Shown here in pieces: positions 40,890 through 52,270 of a DNA stretch of 64,000 nucleotides. Positions within the stretch are counted from its first letter, which is position 1. Every line of letters begins with the position of its first letter. This stretch comes from Promethearchaeota archaeon (GTDB lineage Archaea > Asgardarchaeota > Lokiarchaeia > Sigyniarchaeales > SOKP01). Both the position numbers and the translations under genes were made by a program. The stretch lies in assembly GCA_019058445.1 (NCBI GenBank), contig JAHPZA010000010.1:608001-672000 (forward strand), given 5' to 3'. Under the pieces are notes generated by a model. The model had not been told where the DNA came from, did no database searches, and saw nothing but the letters and a program-made list of their open reading frames with translations.

Positions 40890-41801
40890 TTAGATATCCG
40901 AAAAATCATCTTTCAGAAAATCAGAAAACATTTTCTTCTTTTCTTCTTCTTTGATTATTGGTCTGGTACTTATAGGTTCTCCCGTTTGTTCTAAAAGTTC
41001 TCTTAGTGTTTCGACATTTATGTTTATTTTAAATTTACCTCCACTCATATAGCGGATAATTTTTTTATCATTTAGAGTTAATCGAAGTATATATCCTAAA
41101 CCAAAGTAAAATTGATGTTCTGGAATTGGATCGATGGGACTCTTACTAGTGACTTCTTTTAACACATCATATAATAATGCTTTAGTAGCAATGTGATCTT
41201 CTACATTAAACACTAAATAATATAGAGCATGATACCATATCTTATCCCGTTTAGATTTTACATATTCTAAGAATTTCTCAGGAGTAATAATTTCTTTTTC
41301 TTCTTTCTCCTTTTTTTTTAGTAATTCTTGTTTAATTCTTTCCTCTAATTCATGGGAAATACCAGGGGTTTTAATAGTCTTATCAGATATATCAGATGTG
41401 TCGGAAGGTGTTAATATTTCTTCTTGTTTTACCGTCTCAATCGCATCTTTCATATCTTTTAATTCATCAAAATCAATTTGTTCTATATCTGAAAAATCAG
41501 TAATCATTGCTTCTTTCTGTTCGATATATTCCGTTTCTTCTGAATGTTTGGTTTCAATTTCAATACTTTCAAGGTCGGTTGTAGGAATTTCTTCGATACG
41601 CTCTTTTTCTGGGGTTATGGATTCCTGTTCTCTAACTTGCGCGATAGCTTCTTGCATGTCTTTAAGTTCTTCCATATCTAAATCATCCAAGTCTGAAAAG
41701 TCTGATTCCAAATATTCCATATCTTTCAAATATTCTTGTAAATCGTCTCCAAATTCCTCTTCTTTTTCTTCTTCTTTTTCCTCATCTTGATTTTGATTCA
41801 T
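40890..41801 (-). CDS. Hypothetical protein: acidic repetitive N-terminus plus a globular (wHTH-like) C-terminal domain
   Basis: Repeated DFSD...ELKDMxxAI unit; globular C-terminal part. Confidence 0.65.
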   Translation of the reverse strand: MNQNQDEEKEEEKEEEFGDDLQEYLKDMEYLESDFSDLDDLDMEELKDMQEAIAQVREQESITPEKERIEEIPTTDLESIEIETKHSEETEYIEQKEAMITDFSDIEQIDFDELKDMKDAIETVKQEEILTPSDTSDISDKTIKTPGISHELEERIKQELLKKKEKEEKEIITPEKFLEYVKSKRDKIWYHALYYLVFNVEDHIATKALLYDVLKEVTSKSPIDPIPEHQFYFGLGYILRLTLNDKKIIRYMSGGKFKININVETLRELLEQTGEPISTRPIIKEEEKKKMFSDFLKDDFSDI

Positions 41802-41974
41802 CTACTCTTCTCAAAAATAAATCTTTGTAAGTTTTTTTAATTCTATTAATAATAATAAAGTTATTTTAGTTCTATAAATATTAAGATTCAAACTAATAAA
41901 ATTAATTTGGGTATAAATCCATTTTAGTATGGAGAAAAATGATATATAATTGCAATAAGAAATGAAACAAAAAA

Positions 41975-42499
41975 ATGAGTATTTTTAAGCTAAAAATTGT
42001 CGTTCTGGGTATGGTTGGAGTAGGTAAAACAGATATAATTCGAAGATTTCTTAGACAAGACCTTATAACAGATTATAAATTAACAGTTGGAATTGATATT
42101 TTTACTAAATATCTCGCATATGAGGAAGGAAAAATTGCGTTAATTTCTATTTGGGATATCGCGGGCCAATCACGATTTGAGGATATCCGAAAGACTTTTT
42201 ATAACAACGCAGATGGTGCAATGATCATTTTTAATCTTTATAATATGCCTAGTTTTGCCAAGGCTAAACAGTTAGTTGATGAAATTAGAGATTTTATTTG
42301 AGATGAAATTCTTTTTGTTCTAATGGGTAATAGGATTCATTCAGTTAATCAAAATGCTGATATAATTGATAGATCTACAATCCTTGATTTTACTTACAAT
42401 GAAGATGGTTTGTATATAGAAGTATCTCCAAATTCAGATAATAATATAGACTTAGCATTTAAAGAATTAACTAGAAAAATTATAAATTCTTCAAGATAA
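41975..42499 (+). pseudogene. Rab-like GTPase interrupted by an in-frame TGA (42299-42301)
   Basis: GMVGVGKT and WDIAGQ before the stop; the same frame continues DEILFVLMGNR...NIDLAFKELTRKII to TAA at 42499. Confidence 0.8.
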
Positions 42500-42672
42500 T
42501 AACTTGGCAAGGTTTTTTGATTTATAAAATAAATTTCTGAATGAAGTTTTAAAATCTCAAACTATAAATCCTAAATGAATAGTAGGGACATAAGATTTTT
42601 AGATAAAAGAGATTATTTACATCTGTTTTAAAATAGATATTTAACTAATATTTTTAATATACATACGATTAT

Positions 42673-43737
42673 TCAGATATATTTTTTTAAAACTTCGATT
42701 ACAACTTTCATAGGAGTTATATTTTCAGATTCCATTCTTCTTAACGCTTCTTCTTTTGTTATCATCTTCTCTCTTATCATATTACTTAATATTTCATCTT
42801 TTTCCGTAAATCCAATACTTTTCTTATAGAGATAATTTTTTAATACGCTTATAAGACAATCAAAACGCCAAGGAGATGTGCTGAAATCTGAAACTTTCCA
42901 ATTTAATTTTTTTTTTATTGTAGATAATACTTTTTGTTCATTCCATTCAATATAACGATAAAGTCTCAAAGTTATTTGATTGGGATAAAAGAAATCTCGA
43001 ATTTTGTTGGAATGAAAACAATAGAAGTATTCTTTCAAATATATTAAAGAAATGGTTGCATTTAAGAAGTAAAGAGGATTTTTTAAAAGCTCGTACACAT
43101 AACCAAATAGGAATGAAAATATCTTACTCTTTCTAATGATTTTTATACTACCAAAGGGATTACTAAAAAATAATTTTTTTTTGAAGCGGGAGGATTCTAC
43201 TGGATTTCCAGCACCTATCACAATGAGTGGAATCTTCTCTTTTTTTGCTAATTTTAGTAACCCTCGAAAAATGCCAAGTCTACATCCACAGCATATCATA
43301 GGAATCATTGCAGCTGAGGGGTTACGCATCCACGATTTAATATTATGCCTAATACAATTCCTCAAAAAATTATGCTTTTCAATAATCAATTTAACATTTA
43401 AAATATCAGTCATTTTCTTCATATTGCTTTTTGCTTCTTTAGGAATAAAGCCATTATCAGCAGAATATGCAAGTATTTTCATATTAAACTTTTTTACAAG
43501 ATAATATAACGCATATGAACTGTCTCTCCCTCCACTTATCCCAACTAAACAATCATATTTATTATTTTCATTTCGAATAGAATCAAATATTTTCTCCAAT
43601 TTTTTTTTTCCCTTATATTTTGCCTTCCTATAACTTAAGCAGTAATTGCAAACTCCATCTTGATCATACTCTATTCCAGGATAATTTGCTGGTAATAGAC
43701 ATTTAGTACATTTTTTTAAGGATATCTGGTTTATCAT
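42673..43737 (-). CDS. PP-loop N-acetyl-sugar amidotransferase (WbpG-like)
   Basis: CTKC...CNYC; YDCLVGISGGRDS PP-loop. Confidence 0.8.
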   Translation of the reverse strand: MINQISLKKCTKCLLPANYPGIEYDQDGVCNYCLSYRKAKYKGKKKLEKIFDSIRNENNKYDCLVGISGGRDSSYALYYLVKKFNMKILAYSADNGFIPKEAKSNMKKMTDILNVKLIIEKHNFLRNCIRHNIKSWMRNPSAAMIPMICCGCRLGIFRGLLKLAKKEKIPLIVIGAGNPVESSRFKKKLFFSNPFGSIKIIRKSKIFSFLFGYVYELLKNPLYFLNATISLIYLKEYFYCFHSNKIRDFFYPNQITLRLYRYIEWNEQKVLSTIKKKLNWKVSDFSTSPWRFDCLISVLKNYLYKKSIGFTEKDEILSNMIREKMITKEEALRRMESENITPMKVVIEVLKKYI

Positions 43738-44103
43738 TTTTTTAAAAATTTTAATTGTTGGGAATTATAATATAATGCTACTATATTAAAACAGAAATAA
43801 CTAATAAAGAAGATTATTATTACCATACTTTAAAGAAAGCTAATTATAGTTAATTATAATGAATATATATATTAAAATTCAACAATTAGATTATGTTTGC
43901 CAATTTTATGATATTTTATTAATTTCATAAATATTCTTTTACTAAGCCTGATGAATAATTAGAGATGCATTATGCTATATGCACCAACTAAAACACAATT
44001 ATTTAAAGGAAAAGAGAAATAAAAAATGATATAGAATTATCGATATATCCTTAAAATCAAAATAAGAATTTAGATATACTAATATATAATAAAAAAATAA
44101 GAA

Positions 44104-44775
44104 CTATGTTCTTTTATAGATAAATCGCTCCCATGATTTGGTTGAGGCCATTTCTTCGGGCATTCCTTTGCGTTTTCTTATATCTAAAATTACTTTTTCT
44201 TCTAATGAGGGAGGCACTTTCTCAAAACCTTTAAATTCATATCCGAAAAAGGCTCTTCCCTGTGTAGAACTTCGAATTTCATCGGCAATTCCAATTATTT
44301 CAGCAGCGGGAATCTGACCTTGAACTCTCACGTACTCTCCTTCGGGTATAACGTTATTAATTCGTCCACGATGTTTATTAATTATTGCATTCACCCCTCC
44401 TTCTGTTCCCTCAGGTGTTTTCACATCTATTTTTTGAATTGGCTCAAATATATGAGGCTCAGCATTAAGCATCGCTAAGGAGAGCGCTGAATAACTCATG
44501 GATGCTGTCTGAGCGAATTGGGTATGGCGAGGGTCTTCGTGAATTACGAGATCTGTGAAAACTGCCTTAATTCCAAGCGCGGGCTCTTTAGCTAATATAC
44601 ATTCTTCAATCCAATTCCTAAATGAACTGATAAGGTCATTTCTTATTCTATCAAAGCGCTGTAGTCCTGAGGCTCCATTAACTAAAAGATTTCCTTTATA
44701 TACGTCTACAATTCGTCTTGCCTCCTTAGTTTCCCATCCAGCTTCTTCTCTTAGAATTTGTGCTCGCTCTTTTTT
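44104..44775 (-). pseudogene. fusA: Elongation factor 2, C-terminal ~224 aa only (5' part missing)
   Basis: The frame is open upstream of the annotated Met: KKERAQILREEAGW...LAKEP...HEDPRHTQFAQ...EPIQK...RSSTQGRA...IRKRKG. It breaks at ~44775. Confidence 0.85.
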
Positions 44776-45354
44776 TCTTGGTCGGCTAAAGTTCTAAGAG
44801 TATATTCAAATATTGATTATATAATTTATACAGATATAATTGACCCGAATACTCCAATCTCTTGGATATTATTAAGGATATCCTATTATAGAATCACTTA
44901 CACATTTATTACTGCTGCTATATTTTTGTCTTATCTACTTAAAGCAGAAATCTTTGAAAATAAAAATAGTAAAGTCAATCTATTTATAATTTTGGGATTT
45001 ACAATATTTAATTTGATTTTTTCTATTCTTGTTTTTAAGAAAGGAAATATGTTATTTGATGTATTAATTTTCTTATTTGTATTCATTTTTATGAACATTG
45101 TTTATATCCCTTTTCTAAAAAACGCATTAAAAGCTTATAAAGCTACATATCATCCCGGTTTTAGAAAATCTTTTTTATTTTTGTCACTAATGTCCGTTTC
45201 TTATATTTTGGTATTACTTTGCTTGTTATTAGATCGTATTTATATTTTTTTTAGACACTACGGATTTACTATTTTTTATTTTTTTACATGGATATTTGTA
45301 ATAATAGGCATCTTTAGTACATATTTTGGCTATCTCAAATTAGATACAAAATAG
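44765..45354 (+). pseudogene. 5'-truncated multi-pass membrane protein, paralog of 47691..48434
   Basis: Aligns with 47691 from FSW onward (TPISWILLRI, CLLxDRIYIF); the first ~53 aa are missing. Confidence 0.7.
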
Positions 45355-45506
45355 AAATGAATTTTTCCATGAAAAAATAAGAATTATGGTAATCCTTCCA
45401 GATTTGTATAATTTCAAGAAGAAATACTTAATGAATTTTTGGAGTGTAAACTATAGGATTTAATAATTTGGATATTATTTAAGGATTACATTTATTCTCC
45501 AAATTA

Positions 45507-46592
45507 TTACCTTCTAATTGCAAGTTCCTCAAAAGAAGGCAAGGCACCTACTAATGATCCACCAACCCAAGTAATTATCTTTCTCTTTTTAGGAGCAATC
45601 ACTCTTATATTAGTTGTGTCTGGTACTAGCTTTTTAAGGTCTCTCGATAATCTTTCTTTTAATCCTTGAAAGAGTGTATTCCCTCCAGATAAAACAATAT
45701 TATTGAAAAGTTCCTTACGATAATGAATATCACTCTGATATATTGCTTCATATAATGCTTCATGTAAAGGGGGCAATTCCTTTCCCATTATAGAAGGATT
45801 GAATAAACATTCAGGGGCAGTAAATCTTTCAGTGCCAATAATTATTTTATTACCATCCGGTGTAATATGTTCTTTTTGAATTTTTAAAATGTCTTCAGTA
45901 AGTTTCATTTCCTCTTCAAAATCTTGCGAGATATAACAATACCCTTCTTTTATTTCGATTAATATCTTTCTCTCCTTTGGTGTTATAAGTGGATATCCTG
46001 CTTGTCGCATAAGTTTTTGTAAAAATTTCGTTATATCCTGACCAGCAAGCTCAAGTGTTTGAATCGCTTGATTATTAACATAGTTCTCAGAAATAGGTAC
46101 AATATTAGTAATACCTTCTCCGCTATTTATGACACATCCCGTGGTTCTCCCTGTAGCATATAATGATAATACAGCTTGGGTTGCGATATAGACTGATGGT
46201 ACGTTGAATTTTTCAAACATTATCTCCATCATTTTATTCTTATTTTCTTTAGTGTTTAGTGCTGTATTAGTTAGGATCACGGAGTATTTTGAAGGATTAA
46301 TTTTAAGTACTTTGTAAAAGCAATATTCCCAAAACCTTTCTATTGCATCCCAATCTTTAATAATGCCTCTTTCTATTGGTGAAATTCCTTCTAAAAGTCC
46401 TTTTTCATATATGGGTTTTGAGGGAGATTTACTCTTTATCAAAGTTTCCTGTGAGTGACTTGGCTTAATTTTAATTGGACTGCGTGGTAATGTTTGAATT
46501 ATCGCACGTGGTTGATCTTCTCCTGCAAATCCAATTTTAGAAAAAAGCGTTCCATTATCTATTACGATTGTAGTTTTTGGATTTGAACTCAA
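45507..46592 (-). CDS. Actin-family protein (divergent Asgard actin/ARP-like)
   Basis: IVIDNGT, GFAGEDQPR, QAVLSLYATGRTTG, ERFTAPECLFNPS, NIVLSGGNT and WVGGS motifs. Confidence 0.93.
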   Translation of the reverse strand: MSSNPKTTIVIDNGTLFSKIGFAGEDQPRAIIQTLPRSPIKIKPSHSQETLIKSKSPSKPIYEKGLLEGISPIERGIIKDWDAIERFWEYCFYKVLKINPSKYSVILTNTALNTKENKNKMMEIMFEKFNVPSVYIATQAVLSLYATGRTTGCVINSGEGITNIVPISENYVNNQAIQTLELAGQDITKFLQKLMRQAGYPLITPKERKILIEIKEGYCYISQDFEEEMKLTEDILKIQKEHITPDGNKIIIGTERFTAPECLFNPSIMGKELPPLHEALYEAIYQSDIHYRKELFNNIVLSGGNTLFQGLKERLSRDLKKLVPDTTNIRVIAPKKRKIITWVGGSLVGALPSFEELAIRR

Positions 46593-46799
46593 TTTTATTG
46601 CCTCTTTTTCAAATAATAAAAGTACTGATAATTTAGTAAAATAATTTATATATAAAGATAATTGTAAAAACCTTATTTAACTAAAATGTTTAGAAATAAT
46701 AGCTATAATTAATTATCTCTTATTGTTGGTTTAAATTAGAAAATAGGTAAAGAGATTCAAGGAATTTATTAATTTTACTCTCTCTATCATCGATTTCTT

Positions 46800-47588
46800 T
46801 ATTTAAACATGACTTTAAAAAAGGAGGAACATTTAGTCAATTGAAAAACTTGAGAATTTTCTGGATATTCGATAACTCCTAATTGTTCTAATCTTTTAAG
46901 ATATAAATCAGCATCATTTATAGATAAATTAAAATCATGAAATAAATCGATTTTTCTAAATTTTCTTGAATCATTGTATCGTAGAAGTATATCTAAATCA
47001 TTTCTGAAATTCTGAAAATTAGATTTATCAATAACAAAAATACTTTGCCTTAATAACTTTAGAAATGTCTCGACAAAAATGTCGTAGGTTTTTAAAAAAA
47101 ATCTGTGGTAATTGATGTAGTATAAATCATTGAATTGAATTTAGTTAGATACTAACTCTCTAAGAATTCCTTAATTGCCCCTAACTTATGTTGTAAATAT
47201 TAGGAATCAATTAAATCAATTTTATGAAGGAAAGTTGCCACACAACAATCACTCAAATTTAAAGTATTTAAGATCTTTATGAAATCTTCGAAAAACATGA
47301 ATATATCCTTCAAATAACTATTAAAATCCACGACAGAGATAATCAATTAAGCATCACTGAAGATTTCTTTATCTTTATTGAACCAATCTTGGTTTTCATG
47401 TCCCGCTAAATCAAAAACACCAAATTTTAAATCAATTAGGGAATACAATCTCGAATTTATACCTCTTGTAGGTTTGGGGGAGTTTCTAATAACTGTAAAG
47501 AATTTGCTATATCAAAAAACACATTTTTCAGTATAGTTTTCTCTGAATCAGATGGCCCTGCAAAAATTAATTTATTACCCACACCCAT
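46800..47588 (-). pseudogene. Decayed Rag-like small GTPase
   Basis: KLIFAGPSDSEKT, then a frameshift, then PTRG...GVFDLAGHENQDWF...FLHKIDL with at least three in-frame stops. The 3' boundary is approximate. Confidence 0.75.
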
Positions 47589-47690
47589 TATTTCTCTTTT
47601 TCTCCTATTTCTTTTCAATAATTTATGAAATTTATTATTCAAAAGTGTTTTGACATAATAATAAATATAAAAACTTTTTCTTATTAATAG

Positions 47691-48434
47691 ATGGATTATT
47701 CATTATACTATGTTGGGATAATCTATGAAGGGATTATTATTATTATCGCCTTTCCGATTCTTATAAAAAGTCTAATTAACTATATAAAATTTCGTAATAA
47801 ACTCTCATTATTGTTATTTTTAATCCTCTTAAATTTTGGTATATCAATAATTTTTTCCTGGCTTTCTAAAATAATTAGTTTTTATTGGAGGATTGATTAT
47901 ATTGAACAAGCAAATACACCAGCTCCTAAAACACCAATATCTTGGATACTGTTACGAATAGCTTATTTTAGATTTACTTATATTTTTATCACAATTGCCA
48001 TATATTTATCTTATATTTTTAGAATCAAATTCTTTGATATTGAATATAAACAAATTCAAAAAGTTGCACTTACAATATTTGCATTATTTAATATTCTCTT
48101 TTCCCTATTTTTTTTTGACAAGACAAATAAAATCTTAGATGTATTATTATTTCTATTTGTGTTTGTCTTAATGAGTATAGTGTTTGTACCCTTCATGAGA
48201 CAATCCATAAGAGCTTATAAATCCACAAAAATTTATCAATTTAGAAAATCGTTCCTATCTTTAACAATAATGTCTATATCTTACATTTTTGTTCTATTAT
48301 GTTTATTAATAGATCGGATTTATATTTTTTTAGGGTATCAAGGATTCACAGTTTTTTATTTTATGAGTTGGATATTCGTTCTAATTGGAATTTTCGGTAA
48401 TTACTTCGGTTATTTAACATTTAAGAATGAATAA
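47691..48434 (+). CDS. Multi-pass (about 7 TM) membrane protein
   Basis: Seven hydrophobic segments; lies upstream of a histidine kinase. Confidence 0.7.
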   Translation: MDYSLYYVGIIYEGIIIIIAFPILIKSLINYIKFRNKLSLLLFLILLNFGISIIFSWLSKIISFYWRIDYIEQANTPAPKTPISWILLRIAYFRFTYIFITIAIYLSYIFRIKFFDIEYKQIQKVALTIFALFNILFSLFFFDKTNKILDVLLFLFVFVLMSIVFVPFMRQSIRAYKSTKIYQFRKSFLSLTIMSISYIFVLLCLLIDRIYIFLGYQGFTVFYFMSWIFVLIGIFGNYFGYLTFKNE

Positions 48435-48634
48435 TCAGAAGTATTTAAACATAAAGATTAAAAGTTTTAAAAAACCAAAAGTAAATTTAAATATAAGTTC
48501 TTTAATTAATGGTATAAAAGAATTTTAATTAGCAGTTAGCTGCTCATTTCATTTTGTAATAAATTTTTGGACAAAAATAAGAGATTTTCACTCTAACTAT
48601 TCTTTAAATGAAATAAGTAGGCATAGAATCGCAG

Positions 48635-50290
48635 ATGAGTATTGATGAAGATTTAAGGATATTTTTTGATAATGCAATTGATTATATTATAATATACGAT
48701 TTAAATGGTAATATAGTAGATATTAATAAATCCTTGTTGAAAGCTTTAGGATATAAAAATAAAGAAAAGTTTACTAAGCGAAACATAAATCAAATTATAT
48801 CACTCCCTCCTTACTATCAAAACAATCACAATTCTTCTGATTTTCTAAAATCTTTAAATAACTCTTCGGAAAGGAGAGAATATTACTTAAATGGAAAAAA
48901 AAATAGAAAAATTCCGGTTAGGGGATACAATATTTATTTCAGTAATAAAAATTTAGAAATCTTTCTGAATGTTTCTAATGATATCACTGAAATAAAAAAT
49001 CTTCATGATGAATTAAAAGAATCCAAGCAAAAAATCGAAATATTATCAAGCAAGGTTCCAGAAATACACCTTTGGTCATTATCTCAAAAGAAAAATCATT
49101 TAGAAATGATTCAAAAGAGTGGAAAAATATTAAGAGATACAGAAAAAAAGTATATAGAGATTTTGGAAAATATTAAAGAAGGGTATTTCGAATTAGATCA
49201 TGAGGGTAAATTAATTTTTTTTAATAATTCTTTATCTGATATCTTAGGTTTCCCATCTGAAGAATTATTAGGAAGTAATGTAAAAAATTTACTTAATACA
49301 CCTAATTTAGAATCTTTTAAATCATTAGTCCAGGATAATGTTGATAAGGAATTAATCGAATTTCAATTTCAAAAAAAAAATGGTCAGAACATTTATATCG
49401 AAACGTCTCTTTCTTCCAAACTTAACTCTAAGGGTGAAACTATAGGATATTTTGGAATTCTTCGAGAAGTAACAGAGAGAAAGTTTGCAGAACTCCTTAA
49501 AGAAAAGTTTAGAGAACAACTAGAGAGAGAAGTAGAGCTGAGGACTCAAGACTTAAAAGAATCTTTAGACCAACAAAAATTATATATGAATGAAATTTTA
49601 AAAGCCTCACAATTTAAATCAGAATTTATGTCAACAATGTCTCATGAATTAAGAACTCCATTGAATTCTATAATAGGATTTATAGATTTACTTTTAGAAG
49701 AAAATTATGGTAAAATTAATAATGATCAGCTCACTTTTCTAACAGATATAAAAGCATCTTCAATACATCTATTAGAGTTGATCAATCATTTATTAGATAT
49801 TTCAAAGATAGAAGCAGGTGAAATTAAACTTAATTTGAAGAAAGTACCATTAAAGTTATTGTTAGATCAATTAAACTCGATAATAAAACCATTAATTGCT
49901 GAAAAAAAGTTATATTTTAAAATGAACGATTTTAATTCTAATTTAGAGATCAATGTAGATCCGTTAAGATTTAAAGAAATTCTGTATAACTTGATTAGCA
50001 ATGCTATTAAATTCACTAAAAAAGGGGGTATTAGATTAAACATCATGGAAACTGAGGATAATTACAGATTTGAAATAATGGACACAGGTATTGGGATAGC
50101 TAGGAAAGATTTTGATTTAGTGTTTAAAGAATTTAAAAGAATTGATGATCCTTATGTAAAAATAATACCAGGAACAGGTTTAGGTTTGCCACTTACAAAA
50201 AAATTAGTAAATCTTCATGGGGGAAATTTAAAATTCACAAGTAAGTATGGAAAAGGATCAAATTTCATAGTGACACTCCCTAAAATATGA
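48635..50290 (+). CDS. PAS-domain sensor histidine kinase
   Basis: 2 PAS domains; MSHELRTPLN H-box; NAIKFT, DTGIGI and GTGLGL. Confidence 0.93.
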   Translation: MSIDEDLRIFFDNAIDYIIIYDLNGNIVDINKSLLKALGYKNKEKFTKRNINQIISLPPYYQNNHNSSDFLKSLNNSSERREYYLNGKKNRKIPVRGYNIYFSNKNLEIFLNVSNDITEIKNLHDELKESKQKIEILSSKVPEIHLWSLSQKKNHLEMIQKSGKILRDTEKKYIEILENIKEGYFELDHEGKLIFFNNSLSDILGFPSEELLGSNVKNLLNTPNLESFKSLVQDNVDKELIEFQFQKKNGQNIYIETSLSSKLNSKGETIGYFGILREVTERKFAELLKEKFREQLEREVELRTQDLKESLDQQKLYMNEILKASQFKSEFMSTMSHELRTPLNSIIGFIDLLLEENYGKINNDQLTFLTDIKASSIHLLELINHLLDISKIEAGEIKLNLKKVPLKLLLDQLNSIIKPLIAEKKLYFKMNDFNSNLEINVDPLRFKEILYNLISNAIKFTKKGGIRLNIMETEDNYRFEIMDTGIGIARKDFDLVFKEFKRIDDPYVKIIPGTGLGLPLTKKLVNLHGGNLKFTSKYGKGSNFIVTLPKI

Positions 50291-50782
50291 CATTTTAAAA
50301 AATATTGTTTCTAACTCTTATTGTTATTTTCTAATAATATTTAATTTTGGTATTTTTTGCCCTTTTCCCATCTAGCAGAACAATTCTATTTTCTAAATTA
50401 TAAACTTCAATATCTAATATTACATTATTAATTTCGGAGCAATCTGTTAATTTCAAAGGTGTTTTTTTAAAATTCTTTGTAATAAGTTCAAAGGAATTAT
50501 AGGTTATTATTGCACAAAAGAGGTCATGAAATTGCCATGCTAGTGGAATTATCATTGAATACATGAAAAATTAAATCTATATAAATTTCAAGATATTTTT
50601 GAAAAATTACATTGATTTTATAGAATTTGCCCGGAAAATCTGTCATAAGAGTTTTAATTTATAAATTTTATACAGAAAATAGAATAGATTTTTTCCTTAT
50701 TAAAATTATTATATAAAAAATTAACTTCTTTGATAATATTTAATAAAATAACTAAAAGATATTATAAGAAAAATAAAGACTT

Positions 50783-51148
50783 TCAAAAAGCTTTCCACTT
50801 TTCATATTTTTCCTTCAGTTGATAGATTTCCTTCACTAATTTTTCATTTTCTAATCGGAGATTTTCAATTTCCATCATCAAGGTATTGATTATAATTGCT
50901 GCTTGATCTTTTGAAAACAGATCCTCATCAGTTAAAATATGAACATCAACACCTCTAACCTCAAGATTTTTATCTAAATACAAAGTAGTTAAAATATTCT
51001 TCAGTTGCCCGTGAAGAAAAATATGAGAAAAAGGAAACCGAGAATGTTTTTTTAAGACTTCTTTATCTAATTTTATTTCATGGAAAATATCGCAGATACT
51101 ACAATAATACTGTCTTCTTACAAAACTACCAATTTCATGTTTATTCAT
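50783..51148 (-). CDS. Hypothetical protein with CxxC-H motif and C-terminal coiled coil
   Basis: CSICDIFH; FPFSHIFLHG; co-oriented with the upstream Rab gene. Confidence 0.6.
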   Translation of the reverse strand: MNKHEIGSFVRRQYYCSICDIFHEIKLDKEVLKKHSRFPFSHIFLHGQLKNILTTLYLDKNLEVRGVDVHILTDEDLFSKDQAAIIINTLMMEIENLRLENEKLVKEIYQLKEKYEKWKAF

Positions 51149-51174
51149 ATTCTATAAAAAACTAATCGAAATGA

Positions 51175-51714
51175 TTATAATATTCCAGATATTTTCATCA
51201 TTATATCAGCAATGGTATAAAAAATCTTTTCCACATTCTCTCCAGTTTTAGAAGAACATTCGATAAAGTTATTCAATCCACGCTCTTTACCGTATTCTGC
51301 TGCATATTCTGCATCAATTACTCTTTTTCCTTCTAATTCCAGATCGCTCTTACCACCAACTAATATAATCGGAAAATTATAATCTTCTTCATCTGGTGCG
51401 GTTTTTAAAATGTTTAACCATTCATCTAAATTTTTTAAAGTAGTGAAACGTGAGATATCATACATAAATATTCCTCCTGAAGCGCCTATTACATAATTAG
51501 GTAACAGAGATTTAAATTGGTGTTCTCCCGCGAAATCCCAAATCTGTAAATTAACAGAAATTCCTTCAATTTCTACATTTTTAGTATAAAAATCAACTCC
51601 AATTGTCATGGAATAGTTTTCGCTATATTGGCCTGTGACATAACGGTTGACTAATGTTGTTTTTCCAACACCCCCATCCCCAAAAATACACATTTTATAC
51701 CGTGCAAAACTCAT
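51175..51714 (-). CDS. Rab-like small GTPase
   Basis: GDGGVGKT, TIGVDF, WDFAGE, GKSD and CSSK motifs. Confidence 0.93.
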   Translation of the reverse strand: MSFARYKMCIFGDGGVGKTTLVNRYVTGQYSENYSMTIGVDFYTKNVEIEGISVNLQIWDFAGEHQFKSLLPNYVIGASGGIFMYDISRFTTLKNLDEWLNILKTAPDEEDYNFPIILVGGKSDLELEGKRVIDAEYAAEYGKERGLNNFIECSSKTGENVEKIFYTIADIMMKISGIL

Positions 51715-51949
51715 TTTACTAGTCCTTTCATATTTTAATTGTGATTATTAAATGCATCCTTGAAATATATATTATGCAATTATAATAGTATAGATAAATA
51801 AAAATAATTGGTATTTGCAATATAAATTAAGGATAAATACTTTTTATCCCTTATTTTTTATTTCATATTTTTATAGGATTTATGTTTCTTTCTGGATCTA
51901 TTGATTTGTTATGAAACAATGATTTAAATTAAAAAATGGGAATTCTTTT

Positions 51950-52270
51950 CTTAAATATCATAATTTATCAAGATTTCCCTTAGCTTTAATGATTTATCAT
52001 AAAATTCCATTGCAAAAGCATCATCTCCCATAGATATGCAAAGATCTGCAATTCATCTTCATTTTCCAAGATAAAGAGTAATTCCTGACCAGAAGTGTCA
52101 AACACGCCTAATTCTAAATCCATCCATTTATACACTGAAGATAAGATCCCTCTTGTTGGAACAAGAGGAAACAAAATCAAATTTTTAGGATCCTTTCCCT
52201 CGAAAATCACCTGCATGATGCTTGTTTTACCCACACCTGCTCTTCCAATAAATAATATCTTCTTTACCAT
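51950..52270 (-). pseudogene. Truncated Rag-like GTPase
   Basis: GRAGVGKT, PTRG and FDTSGQE as in 54811..56115; homology is lost after ~80 aa and there is no G4 motif. Confidence 0.7.

Noticed and set aside
50331-50564. 77-aa minus-strand ORF
   Set aside because: No recognisable homology, in very AT-rich sequence; I cannot support it as a gene.
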